NCBI RefSeq assembly: GCF_009914755.1
Contig: NC_060940.1
Length of the DNA stretch: 64,000 nucleotides
Direction: 5' to 3' (one strand)
Origin: the human T2T-CHM13v2.0 reference genome, Homo sapiens
Position 1 is the stretch's first letter, and each line of letters opens with the position of its first letter. The notes beneath the pieces were generated by a model that was given only the letters and a program-made list of their open reading frames with translations, was not told the origin of the DNA and made no database searches. The position numbers and the translations under genes were made by a program. Positions 1 through 12,693 of this stretch are shown here, in pieces.

Positions 1-59
1 GAAAGACACAGGCTCGTGGGTACTGTTTACAAATGAATGTTGGCCACTCTATAGCTGTA

Positions 60-752
60 CAGTCATCCCTCAGTATCCACTGGGAATTGGTTCCAGGACC
101 CTGCCATGGATACCAGACTCCACAGCTGCTCAAGTCCCTGATATAAAATAGCATAGTATTATGCAGCCATAAAAAAGGATGAGTTCATGTCCTTTACAGG
201 GAGATGGATGGAGCTGGAAACCATCACTCTCAGCAAACTAACACAAGAACAGAAAACCAAACACTGCATGTTCTCACTCATAAGTGGGAGTTGAACAAAG
301 AGAACACATAGACACAGGGAGGGGGACATCACACACCGGGGCCTGTCGGGGGGTGGGGAGCTAGGGGAGGGAGAGCATTAGGAGAAATACCAAGGTAGAT
401 GACGGGTTGATGGGTGCAGCAAACCACCATAGCACGTGTATACCTATGTAACAAACCTGAACGTTCTGCACATGTACCCCAGAACTTAAAGTATAATTTT
501 AAAAAGCATAGATTTGCATATAACCTGTGCACATCCTCCTGCATACTTTAAATCATCTCTAGATTACTTATACCCAATGCAGTATCAATGCTATGTAAAC
601 AGTTGCTATACTGTATTGTTTGGGGACAATGACAAGGACAAAAAATCCACAAATATTCAGTACATACACAACCATCCTTTTTCCCCCAATATTTCAATCC
701 TCAGTTGTTTGAATCCACAGACGTGGAACTCACAGCTATAGAGAGCCAAGAG
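60..752 (+). mobile_element. MER2 (TcMar-Tigger MITE) split by an L1PA insertion
   Basis: ta|cagtcatccctcagtatcc...gttccaggacc start. Resumes at ~505 with gcatagatttgcatataacc and ends gaatccacagacgtggaac...ta. Confidence 0.85.
161..505 (+). mobile_element. 5'-truncated L1PA (L1PA7/8-like) 3' end
   Basis: atgcagccataaaaaaggatgagttcatgtcc...cagaacttaaagtataat. Imperfect TSD agcatag(t)att at 150-160 and 505-514. Confidence 0.9.
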
Positions 753-974
753 TATTTTTCTAAGTGAGAAGCCTGAGCCCATGGAAATGCCCATTGTATA
801 GTTATTTTATATAAATATTTCACTTAGAATATTTCTCCCTAAGCTGTTTATATGTTCCTTCTGCCCGAAAAGTCTTACTCACCTCAGTTCCATCCCTATT
901 TCTCCTGAGAATTTCCTATTCATCCTTCAAGATGCAGCTGAGGTGCTATCTACTCCACAAATCTTTCTGTACTT

Positions 975-1700
975 GCAGACAATGGAAATCTACCTCAAAC
1001 TACCTTAAGCAAAAAAAGGAGGAAACATATGGGGAGAGGAGGGCACGAGGAGCCATTCACTGGATCATGTAACAAGAAGTACCAGGACTAATGTCCGGCA
1101 GCAAACATGGTTGGATCCAGAAGCTTGAATGTTATTACTGGGACGTTGTCTTTCCCTCCTTCTCCTAGGTCTGCTTTCCTCTGTTCTTTGCTTTCATTCT
1201 TAGGCAGATGCCCCAGCAGTTCAAGACAGTGTTCTCACTGTAACAGAAGAGCAATGCTAGTCTGTTACACTATTACACTATTACACTATTAAAATCCACC
1301 CTAAAATATAAGAGTATACTTTTTGATTTTGACATAAATCTTTGCAACAAACCTTCAATGACCTTAGATTGATGTGGGAAAGTGTCTCTCCATCTTTTCT
1401 AGAATATGTTCCATTCACTGACAGACTTTCTCCAAATGATAAGAAAGATGGCCAGTGGCCACCCCAAATTGACACTCCATCCCATTAGCAAACCTGGCTA
1501 AATGAGTCTCTGCCAACGGCTACGTCATAAAATTCCCACGGAGACATTTATTGGTGTGGGTCACATGCCTACTGTTGTTCCCAGGGGGTTCTGAGTCAGC
1601 CCCACTCAGAACATGCAGGCTTTATTCTTCACAAGAAAGAGGTTCATTACCGGCAAAGAGAAGAAAGGGGTACTGGAGAGACAGAAACAACAGTTGCCCT
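975..1700. mobile_element. Old MaLR LTR (MLT1J/K-like), fragmented, with an internal DNA-transposon fragment
   Basis: ctcaaactaccttaagcaaaaaaagg...catggttggatccag...tctgctttcctctg...ggtcacatgcc motifs. Confidence 0.45.
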
Positions 1701-2629
1701 TGAACCCTGTTCAGAGCCTCCTCGTCTGGGTGAAGATCCTCTTTCCCAAGCTCTCACGTAATCCTGGAAAAACCTCCGTTGGTGCAGTTAAGCCTCTCTT
1801 GGTGCATTACTGTCACCTGTGTACGTGCAGCACTCGACAGCTGCACAGTAAGTATTCATGGATAAGAGCATGAAGCTCCAAGCAGAAGTATCAGTGACCA
1901 CAGTCAATCAGAGTGGCTGTCATGGTAGAAAAGGAATGTGGATTTGAAAAAGAGATGGAGAGAGAGTGATGTTTGCTGGACGTGTGAGTGTGAGAGTGAG
2001 GGAGAAGCCTCCCACTGATGGGAACATTGTGTTCTACATACAAATAACTCAGCAACATGGCAGCCACTTGCCTTATCTTTTCTAAGTCACATTTTAAATA
2101 CACTTTCCTATTGCCCCTGAACCTGAACTTGTCCATATTAGGCCACAGATACAAATTTGAAGTTTAGAAAATACCAGCCCCAGTGCTCTAAACCCCTCAG
2201 CTTCATCAACAGAAAATGGGCTCTTACCTCACTCTATGCAACCTTCTTGGGGATCTCTTGTCAATTCCTTGGATGGAGTCGGTAAGACCTTCAATTTCCT
2301 TCAGTAGAATTGTCCATTTTACAAGCGAGGACACCGACTCAAGAAGTTCAATTTGGCCATAGCTACACAGCTGCTTTCTTTCTGAAGCCTGTTCTTGGTT
2401 GTCACCATAAGTCACCATCATCCCTACAATCAAACATTATTCACATAAAAAAGTGGGGTGGGGCTGTGCAGAATTGTGGTAAGGAAACACATATTTGACT
2501 GATGTATGTTGAGTTCTACAGATGTAGAAAGGCCCTGGATTCTGTGAGTTCTGGATTTTACTTATCTGTTTATTTTAAATGTACATAGAATAATAACATT
2601 TAACTGGAAATTAATTTCAAGATGGCGGG

Positions 2630-2915
2630 GGGATCACTTTTGTCTATTTTTTGACACAAACCTCTAGAGCCTAGAACAGTACCTGGCACAGAGTAGAGCC
2701 TCAAAAAACAAATAAAACTATTAAATAAATATTCATTGAATAATGTGCTAAGAACTTTACAGTAATTCATGTGTTTAGTCCTCGCAACTATCTTATGAGG
2801 TAAATCTCAGTATCCTAATTTTATAGAGGAAGAAACTGAAACAGGGAGAATTTAAGTAATCAGGCTGAGGTCACATGGATTCTAAGTCATGGAGGTGAGA
2901 TTCAAAACCAAGCTT
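2630..2915. mobile_element. L2 3' end plus adjacent MIR
   Basis: cctagaacagtacctggcacagagtag (L2); attttatagaggaagaaactga...aggtcaca (MIR, minus strand). Confidence 0.65.
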
Positions 2916-2951
2916 GCCCTCATAACCAGGTAGGAACCATATGGGACAGTT

Positions 2952-3442
2952 GTATCAGTTACCAATTGCTGTGTAACAAGGCACCCCAGCAGGTCCCAGC
3001 TTAAACAATCATTTTATTTTGCTCACAGTTTTGATGGCTAGGAATTCAAAAACAGCATAGCCAGGCAGTTTGTCTCTGATCCTCTAGACTTAGGTAGGAC
3101 AACCAGGATGTCTCCATCTCCTCCATCTCCATCTACTTCCAAGATGATTTCTTCCCGGGCACATCTGGTGCTTGGCGGGAATGATTGGAAAGCTAGTTAT
3201 AGCAAAACCCCTCTCTCTCCACATACTCTTGAGCCTGTCAATGTGAAGGCTTAAGTTTCCCAGAATAAGTATTTTGAAAGACAGGAAGTGGGGGTTACTA
3301 AGCCTGGGCCTGGAAACTGGCACAGTGTCACCTCTACCTTGTTTTGTTGGTCAAAGAAGCCATGGGGCCAGTCCTCTCAATGGGACCCCACCCCTCAATG
3401 GGAAATATGTCAAAGAATCTGAGGCCATTTTTAGTCCACCAA
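2952..3442 (-). mobile_element. MLT1 (G/H-like) MaLR LTR
   Basis: tgtatcagttaccaattgctgtgtaacaa...ttattttgctcacagttttg...gccatttttagtccacca. Confidence 0.7.
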
Positions 3443-4357
3443 AATGGAAGTCCAACACAGTTTGGAGATAGTGCCTACCTACTTCACATAATTTTATGGA
3501 TACCTCATAGTTCACAATCATAGTTCTAGAAGAATGCTCTTCCACAATGAAGTATCAATGGCATTTCCATGTTAGAAGACCCTTTTGTCATTACGACAAG
3601 ACTTCATTATTACGGAACTTAAGCATTTCCTGATCTTCACACAAATCTTTGCAAACAAACTTTAATTACTTTGACTTGGGGGAGGGGGTCTCTTCAGTCA
3701 TTTTAATGTGTGTTTTATGTTTCCAGATGCTCAATCCTAGTTTTAGGAGGAAATGTTTCTCATTATCATAAAATTTACATGCTCATACATTTCATTGAAA
3801 GACTTATTCTTTCTAGGTGATAATAAACAATTCAGTAATTTGGAGGAAAAACATCACAGAAATAATTGTGAAATGGTAGTACAGAAATCTTCAGGAGAGG
3901 AGAAAGAGGTAGTGTGGTTAAGTAAAAAGAGCAAGATTCATTTCTGCTCCTAAAATTCATCCCACATCTTGAAAAGCTTGCTCCGTCTCTGGGAACCTAA
4001 GTTTCACCACATGTAAACTGAAAGGCTTTTACAAATAGGGCCCTCAACTGTGGCTCAAACCTCTTATTTTTCTTCTAGTCCTAATTCCACCAATAACTGT
4101 AGGCCTAAACAAAAGTTACCATAAACCTAAACAACAGGTACTCATCTCTTTGAATCTGATAATAATGGTGGCGATTCTGCAAAGAGAGTTAGTGTTCACC
4201 AAATAGTCTATGTACAGTCCCACATTTTCCAAACTGTCCTGCAGTTAGGATAGGGTCATGTGATCAGTTCTGACTAGTAGACTCTGAGCAGAAGAAATGG
4301 TGTCACCTCCAGGCCAAAGCAGATGAGAAATCAGGTCTACCTAAATTTAAAGCCCAA

Positions 4358-4660
4358 TTTTTTTTTTTTAATTGAGACAGAGTCTCGCTCTGTTACACAG
4401 GCTGGAGTGCAGTGTTGCAATCTCAGCTTACCTGCAACCTCTGCCTCTGAGTTCAAGCGATTCTCCTGCCTCAGCCTCCCAAGTAGCTGGGATTACAGGC
4501 ATCTGCCACCATGCCTGGCTAATTTTTGTCTTTTTTTTTTAGTAGAGATGGGGTTTCACCATGTTGGTCAGGCTGGTCTCAAACTCTTGACCTCAGGTGA
4601 TCCACCCGCCTCAGCCTCCCAAAGTGCTGGGATTACAGGCATGAGCCACCGCACCCAGCC
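4358..4660 (-). mobile_element. AluS
   Basis: Full dimer with poly-T head; TSD taaagcc(c/t)aa. Confidence 0.95.
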
Positions 4661-6344
4661 TAAAGCCTAAATTTTTAACCTCTTTCCAATATGGTTTCCT
4701 TCATTTCCCTCTCTATACAATTAGGAGTGTGTTCCAATTAATCTATAAGGCCCTATCAAGATCTGAATATTTTTTACTATTATAGCTATTGTGAACAAAA
4801 TAGTGGAATTCAGAAATTGGTGTTCAATGCTCCACAGATCTACACTGACAATAAGAATAAGAGTAATTTTATTTGTATTGATTAAAAAGAAATTACATCT
4901 AACTTTTTCCTGTTGTGTCCATGTTCATCGTGTTTGGGATTTTTCTTTGTAATTTGATTGTTTTGTTGATTCTTATTAAGTAATCTCAGGTTCCATAGAT
5001 TGCAAGAATATGGGTTTGAATTGAAGGACTCAGGTGGAAACAATTCAGATTTGTGTCAGCTTTAATCAAAGCTCACTCTTCTTTACAAACACAGATTCAA
5101 GCCTGAAATTCATCTGAATAATGTGGCAGTGTCCCAAGTCTTGGTCACTACTGAAGTACCCAGGTTTGTTTTCCTAGTATTTGTTGTTTGTTGACATTCA
5201 ACTTCTTTTAATTTTAGTAAGTACATGTGTCACTCTCTTGAAAAATTCTGAGTTTTGACCATTCAATCTCAAAAGAAGAAAACTCCAGTGAGGCTTGGAA
5301 CTCCTGAACACCAGGATGGAAATGAGAACAGGAAGGAGGAAAGTGGGGTTAATTGAGTTCTGCCTGCGGAGGAGAAGCTTCCCTCCCTGCATGTTCAGAA
5401 TGTCCTAAAAGCAGGTGTTTGCCTGCAATAAAGACAACCGCAAGAAAAAAACAAGAGCAACATGGAGTCTTCTTACAAAGAAATTGAATAAATGGAGAAA
5501 GTTGGGGCAGCTAGGGTGAGTGTAAATGTGGACATCCCTGAGGAAAGCACTCTGCATGCTGGCAGTAGGGGACCCAAAGCAAAATGTCCAGATTCCAGCC
5601 CATTGTACCTACAGAGAAACTCATTCATCAACCATCCCTAAGCTTCCTATTGCCTTGTTCTTACATATGAATGAGTGAGAATCAACAGGCATTTGAGAAA
5701 TGGCTGCAGCTTGCCAGAGAAAGACCAAGATAAGCAAGAAATGTGCTAACAGAGAAAACCAGAGATAGTACCCCCAAAAAGGGGGGAAGAAACTCAACAC
5801 TATTTTGGAGACATTGGGAAAGTATTTATATCCATAAAATAAGAATGGGATGTTACGTCAAAGGAATAACCCAAGACCATTAAAAGACAAAGTAGAAAAA
5901 ATCCCTCAGAAGTCAGAACAAAATGAGGGAAAATCTACTAGGGAAGCATCTATGCTTATAAACAAAGAGGGAAAGATCCGGACGAATAACATACCAAACA
6001 GTGAACTGCTGCCTCTGGGAAGGGGGATTAAATGGACTAAGAGTAATTCATTTTTTACGTTATATCATCCTGTATTATTTTTATAAGTATTTAGTCATAT
6101 GTGATTAAAATATACTTCATGCTTTAATCTCACTCTCATCAAATAATTTTTAACAGACTGTCCTCATATGGACCTCCCAACAAAGTATAGAACATGGTGA
6201 CCCTCTGAGAAGGGATTCCTATTCCTGTTTTGAGAAGGTACTCCTATTCCTGTTTCTCAGCTGATTTTTCTGAGGATTCCACTAGACTGAATTAATGCTT
6301 CAGACTAGAGTTTTGCAAAAAGAAGTTTTGCCCATGCACCTACT

Positions 6345-7240
6345 GTGATGTTGTGATACAATATGAAATATATATTTGGTCTCTGCCCCCGGTTCCTGGC
6401 ACAGAGCTCCTAAAGCCCCGTAATTTCCTGAGCAATCAGGGTGCTAGGAGAATCTTTTATTCCATATTTGGTCTTTGACCTGGTTTCTAACAAAGACCTC
6501 CTAAATCCCTTGGAAATTCCTGGGTGGTAGGAGAGTCTTTTGTTCTAATGAGGTGACTACTGGTGAGTGTCTGGGTGGGGGCTGGTCACCGGAAAGACCA
6601 AGCCATGATTAGAGACTCAGAGCTTCCAGCCCCATGCTTCATCCTCCTGGAGGAGGAGAGAGGCTGGAGATTGAGATAGTAAGTAATCATGCCTAGGTGA
6701 TGAAACTTCCTTAAAAATCCCTGAGCTACAAGCTTCAGAGATCCCAGGCTGCTGAACACGTCACAGTGATAGGAGGGTGACATGCCAGGAGAGGGCATTA
6801 AAGCTCTGCACCCCTTGCCACATACCTTCCCCTATGCCATCTCTTTCATCTAACTGTTCATCCAGATGCTTTGTAATAAATCAGTAAATGTAAGCAAAGC
6901 ACTTTACTGAGTTCTGTGAGTCACTCTAACAAATGATCAAACCTGACAAGAGAATCAAGGGAACCTCAAATTGACAGCCAGCTGGACAGAAGATGAAGAG
7001 GCCCCCGAAATGGGGGACAGTTTTGTGGGACTCAGCCCTTAACCTGTGGTATCTGACTCAAACTCCAGGTAGAGAGTGACCAGATTAAATTGATTGTAGG
7101 ACATCCAGTTGATGTCTGTTGGAGAATTGAATTGATGTGTAGGAAAAAAAAACTACACAACCAGTGTCAGAACTTTTCTGTGTTGAGAGCGAGAGTATAG
7201 CAGGAAAAAGCAGTTAATTTGTCTTTTTCCTACCTTCCAC
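6345..7240. mobile_element. MER21-family solo LTR
   Basis: tgtgatgttgtgat...atatatttggtctctgcccccggttcctggcacagagctcctaaa start; gctttgtaataaa...gttctgtgag; ggactcagcccttaacctgtgg. Confidence 0.75.
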
Positions 7241-7509
7241 ATCCTAAAAGAGAATTTCTCAAAATGAGGCCCTGAAGATTCTTTTTAACAAGCCTCTCTC
7301 TCAGGTGATGCTGCCCACAGCAAAGTGATGAGAACCATTGTTTCAGATTCTAATTTTGCCTGGAACTGATAAAAATGGAGCCACCAAGACACTGCCCTCC
7401 CAGGAAGCCAGCAGCTTCCCTTGCAAACATTTTCTGGGACTACCTTGCAGCTCTTCAGATTTCCAGATCAAATTAGTAGTTGCTTGGCTGTCTCCAAATC
7501 TAGACTTGT

Positions 7510-7954
7510 GGTGGACTATTCTAGTTTGAGAAGCTATAACAAGAAATACTAGGTGGCTTAGACAACAGAAATGTATTTCTCACAGTTCTGAAGACTGGGA
7601 AGTGCAGGATCAAGGTGCCAGCCAATTGGGTTCCTGGTGTAGGCCCTCTTCCTGACTTGTAGACGACGCTTTGCTGTATCCTCTCATGGCAGAGAACTAG
7701 CTCTAGTCTCTTTGTCTTCTTAGAAAGACACTAATCCCATTATGGGGGCTCTGCCTCATGACTTCATCTAAACCCAAGCACCTCCCAAAGGCCCTTCCTC
7801 CTAATACCATCCCACTGGGAGGCAGGGTTCCAACATCCCATTTTGGGAGGTAGGGTTCCAATATTCCATTGAGAGTTAGGGTTCCAACAACCCATTGGGA
7901 GGTAGGGTTCCAACATATGAATTTGGAGGGAACAAAAACATTCAGTCCATTACA
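7510..7954 (-). mobile_element. MLT1A/MST-type MaLR LTR containing an internal minisatellite
   Basis: aacagaaatgtatttctcacagttctg...gatcaaggtgccagc...acattcagtccattaca. Confidence 0.8.
7811..7916. repeat. ~26-bp tandem repeat x4 (cccattgggaggtagggttccaacat)
   Basis: Units at 7811, 7837, 7865 and 7891. Confidence 0.9.
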
Positions 7955-9808
7955 TGGACCTTGAAATCCAGACGTATTGGGATAGTGGGGGATGCTTAAC
8001 ATGCACCAAATTTGGATTTTCCAGACAAAGATCACAGCAAAAGCATAATTACAATGTTTGCGGATGGCTCAGCCTTGAGGTAGCCCAAGGTCCGAGCCTG
8101 TGGCTAGATGGCTAAACCATAAACCTCCTGTTTCAAGATCAGCATCATCACCTGATGTTCTAACAGAGACAAAACAGGCTTCCAAAGCCAACCTATCCTG
8201 GAATACAAGCTCTTTAGATGCTGAGCTTTTGTTTACTCCTGAATAAATTCAATAAAGTGCCGTAACCGTTATAATAAATGTAGATGTCACTAATTACAAC
8301 ACTAGATTTTAAGTGCAATGCTAGTGTCTCAAGTGGCCTTTAAAACTGAGTAAAATCACAGCCAATTCAAATTTAATTAAAACTGTCAGTTTAATTTCGT
8401 TTGCTTTCACAATAAAAACTATACTAACCCATTAACTGCCTTCCGAATCTCCCGTTACTGGGAGCAACCAGCAGCTTGTAGGCCTCCACTTTGGTGAACA
8501 GTGTGATGCATTCATTTACCTTGTTATCCAGTGAAGTTTCAGTTGTTCTAGATCAAGTAAATGGCCAGTTTTTGTCTTTGAAAATGAAACTTTTTCAGGT
8601 TAATTCGCCATGTAGGTAGAATAGGCTTTTGTCCAATTTCTTGTGCTTTTGAAAATTCATCCCAGAGGGGCCTTCTGAGGGCTTGATCATGGTATCCATT
8701 CTTGAGTTGAACTCACAGTTGCCAAAAAGAGATCTTTGAAAACTGAATAAAAGAACACTGGGAATCTGGGCAGTGACGATATAACCCTAGTCCTGCTTGT
8801 GTAAAGCTGATGTCTTGGAAAAACCGTTTCCGTGTCCAGAGCCTCAGTTTCCTCATGTGTCACACTGAGGATATTGGAGCAGATCTATACGTCTACAAAC
8901 TCTATTTTCATGATAGGTGTCATATCCAGGTATTACTTGACAACACTTCTAATTCACATGTACTGAGTACAATCAGTTTCCAAGGCACCATCTGCTTCAG
9001 CCTTATCCTAGACAATATTTATGAACTCATGCAGTTTAATGTACCCATCATATATTTTTACTAATAAGATTTAAGTAAATATAAAACAACTAGAATTATT
9101 TGAAATGCTTAGCTAACAGCATCTTGCATACTCCCAGGGAACTACGTACCACATTTGGAGAATATTAGCCTCCCTGACCTCAGAGATCCCTTTCTGCTCC
9201 AGAGATCTGCAAGTCTATGAAAAAGAATTGTATCATTTTACTCAGGTGAGCAAATGTACAGACACAAAAAATGAACTGCCTGCAGGGCTTATTTGCTTCA
9301 CAGGCAAGAAGGTAGTGTCCGTTGAGAGAGAAGCAATGATAGAAATAAAATTCAGAGGGTTGTATATTTTATTTTAGAAGAAGAGAAAGGCATCCAGTAA
9401 TTTGGCAAATTTATGACAAACTGGACAATCCAGCTAAATGTTGAGGAAAGAAAGATAAACATTGTAGAAAAAGAAGAACTGAAGCAAGAAGAGAAAACAG
9501 ACAGACCTGTGAAAAGGTTTGCAATCTTTTAACCACTCATGAGAGAAAAATTTGGAACACAGAAGGAACCTGCCTACGTCTGTTTCAGCCTGGGTGGTAT
9601 CCCTGTGTTCATCGGGTGCACTCTACAATGGGACATCCTGGCTTCAGGCTGTCCCTTATGATGATAAAACTATAATGAGAAAAATCATAAGCAAAGGAAA
9701 TAAACAGAAACCAGAGAAGAATCCAAATGTGATCTGGGTGGGTCCACCTAACAGGGTGACCTGGAAAGGATGTGAAAGGAGATTAAAGGATGCTAAGGAT
9801 GAGGTCAT

Positions 9809-10152
9809 TGTATTAGTCCATTTTCACGCCGCTGATAAAGACGTACCTGGAGACTGGGCAATTTACAAAAGAAAGAAGTTTAATGGACTTACAGTTCCAT
9901 GTGGCCTCACAATCATGGAGGAAGGTGAAAGGCACATCTCACGTGGTGGCACACAACAGAAGAGTGAGAGCCAAGTGAAAGGGGTTTCCCCTTGTAAAAC
10001 CATCAGGTCTCATGAGACTTATTCACTACCACGAAAACAGTATGGGGGAAACTGCCACCACGATTCAGTTATCTCCCACCAGTCCCTCCCACAGCAATGC
10101 GAATTATGGGAGATATTCAAGATGAGATTTGGGTGAGAACACAGCCAAATCA
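9809..10152 (-). mobile_element. THE1B-like solo LTR
   Basis: tgtattagtccattttcacgccgctgataaagac...cacagccaaatca; perfect 5-bp TSD GTCAT. Confidence 0.9.
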
Positions 10153-10339
10153 GTCATTAAGGGAATAATTTGAGATTTATAGAAAAGGCTGGGTTTTACG
10201 GAGAATCGGGCCATAGCTTCTTTGGGTGACATTGAGTGTTGTGATAATCAGGTAGCTACAGATTCATTTTGAGTCACCTGCTCTCCTCACTGGCATGGCT
10301 GCATGCATGGAGCCTGGACTAGGAAAGGTCACCATGGCC

Positions 10340-10889
10340 TGTGTAAATTTATGCAGACCCAAAGATGCTCTTCCTGTTTTAACATCAACCAGGAGGTGGC
10401 AGAGCCAGGAAAGAGTCAGCAGTAACCAGTATAATGTGAGAGAATGAACGTACAAACAGACAACGACCAGACCATATATGACAATAGAACACTGATCCAC
10501 AACCTCTGCAGCATCCCAGGAAGCGAAATCCCAAACTCTGCAGCAATCAACCCAAAACAAAAGCTTGGCCAGTAACACAAAGCTTCCTTAATTTTTGGCT
10601 CTGCTTCCAACTCAGAACCAACCAAAGAAAGCTAAAAATATGTTGCCTTTCATATAGTATGCCTTTCTTCTAGTTAGCCCCCTCCAGCTTCCCCACGCCA
10701 CAGCCTCCAATCAGGCTCCACCCAAAGCTTTCACTTTTTTTTTTTTTTTTTTACTATAAAGCTTTCCCACTTCCCTGCCTGCCTTTGAGTCTCTGCCAAC
10801 TGTAAGTGATAGCAGCTGACTCCTTTCTATATCAAGCTCTGAATATATGGCCTCTGTTTGTCTTCATTCAGGCAGGCTTTATTTCCACA
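10340..10889 (+). mobile_element. ERVL-class solo LTR (MER77-like)
   Basis: TG...CA ends; acgaccagaccatat...cacaacctctgcagc; ccaatcag and ctataaag promoter motifs. Confidence 0.6.
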
Positions 10890-11384
10890 AACAAGATGGC
10901 CCCTCATCCCGCTCCTATCTGAAATAGTCTAAAGTTTTGACCAGGGCTCACATGCACTTCAAAGTCTGGTGGCTTAACTGTGAGATAGATTGCATGCCTT
11001 CAGGCTGTGCCCATATGGTCCACACATAATTCTCATGTTGCCCTTTCACTCAAGACAAACAACACAACACACACACTTGTGCACGTGCACATGTACTACT
11101 GGGATTGGCTTCAAACATTTATGTACAACACTGAATTATTTATTTTCTCATTTCAAGTGTGTTAAAGGCCTCCACCAAAGTTTACCCTGGTGTATGCTAA
11201 CACTGAATTGGGACATTTGCTTCAACTTATGTCATACCTAGGGCAGAAATCAAGTGGAGGCAGATCCTCACCGAAAAGATTTAATGAAGACACCACTGCT
11301 TATGGTGGTGTCTATAGGTAGAAGACTATGTTTATGGTGGACTCAACACACAAACCATTTTCTGATGGTTTTGAGACTTTGTTC

Positions 11385-11602
11385 CAGGGGTCAGCAAACT
11401 ATGACCTATGGATTTGGCCCACAGCCTATTTTGTAAATAAAGTTTTATTGGCACACAGAAATACTTATTCATTTGCATTTTGTCTATGGTTGCTTTTACT
11501 CTGCAAAGGCAGAGTTGAGAGGTTGCAATGAAGATGGTATGGCCTGCAAAGACTAAAATATTCGCTACCTAGTTTTCTACAGAAAAAGTTTGTTGAGCCC
11601 TG
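11385..11602. mobile_element. MER58A (hAT-Charlie MITE)
   Basis: TIRs caggggtcagcaaact / agtttgttgagccctg; internal tttgtaaataaagttttattgg. Confidence 0.9.
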
Positions 11603-11849
11603 CTTAGCTTCTCCATGAACTCTAATGAATGGATGCCCCAAGTTACCCTGTCGTTTGATTAATATCCTGACACATTCCTTAGGTGCCAGGCTGAGCATCC
11701 AAGTAGAAATAAGATAGCATTCTTACCCTCAAAAAGCTCCCAGACCATCAGGAAAGAGAAAGAAAAACATCATACACATAGGGTGATACAAGCAAAGAAC
11801 AAAGAAGTAAGATTGCAGGCAAGGCTTCAGGGAGGAAGTCAGTGAGCAA

Positions 11850-12693
11850 AATACGTAGTCCTTGTTCTTCCCCCACCTGGATCCATCCTCAACCTTTTCT
11901 GCTGTGTTCTGTGCCCTGGACACCCCAGAACACTACATCTCCCATGTTCCCTTGTGTATTAGTCCATTCTTAATGCTGCTGTAAAGAATTGTCCAAGACT
12001 GGGTAATTTATAAAGAAAAGAGGTTTAATTGACTCCCAGTTCTGCAGGGCTGGGGAAGCCCCAAGAAACTTACAACCACGGTAGAAGGGAAAGCAAACAT
12101 GTGCTTCTTCACATGGCAGCAGGAAGGAGAAGAATGAGTGTCCAGTGAAGGGGGAAGCCCCTTATAAAACCATCACATCTCGTGAGAACTAACTCACTAT
12201 CACAGGAACAGGATGGGAGAACCCCCACCCCCATGATTCAATTATCTCCACCTGGTCCCTCCCATGACATAAATCTCAAGATGAGATTTAGGTGGGGACA
12301 CAGCCAAACCATATCACCTTGCCTGCTGGCAGACAGTTGGGTTTGAACAATGCGAGTTACCTGTAGGAGATCAGAAAGTGGGCAAAGAGAGAGGCCAGAG
12401 TGTTTCTTCCCTGCTTCACCATATCTCTGAGAGAATCTGTGTCTCTCCATGATCACAGGTCCTTCCAGGTGCTCCTCTCCCACATTTCCAGTTATCTCTG
12501 CGTTTCCATAATGCTATGCACACCGAGGCATTGAAATGGCTTCTTATCATTGCCCATCTCTAGGGACTTCACTCATCATCCATTGTTCATTTTTGTAAGG
12601 CTGCCCATATCTCAGTCAATAAACTCCCTGCCCTTGAACCGTCTGAACCTCCATTTGGACCATCATTTCCTTGCTGGGACTTTGAGCAATACA
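11850..12693 (+). mobile_element. LTR33-like ERVL LTR interrupted by THE1
   Basis: ctgtgttctgtgccctgg...cccttg|insertion|cctgctggc...aggagatcag...caataaactc...caataca. Confidence 0.55.
11955..12316 (-). mobile_element. THE1C/D solo LTR
   Basis: tgtattagtccattct...cagccaaaccatatca; perfect TSD CCTTG. Confidence 0.9.

Noticed and set aside
4323-4670. Alu-derived ORFs (here and at 20709, 22483, 37659, 43634, 55390, 58206, etc.)
   Set aside because: Typical Alu translation artefacts ([25 protein letters not shown]).
7811-7916. Four similar ~26-bp units as a CRISPR-like array
   Set aside because: Units are adjacent with no unique spacers, the context is eukaryotic and there are no cas genes; it is a minisatellite.
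9552-10136. 194-aa ORF
   Set aside because: Starts at a TTG and runs through a THE1 LTR; no recognisable protein family or splice structure.
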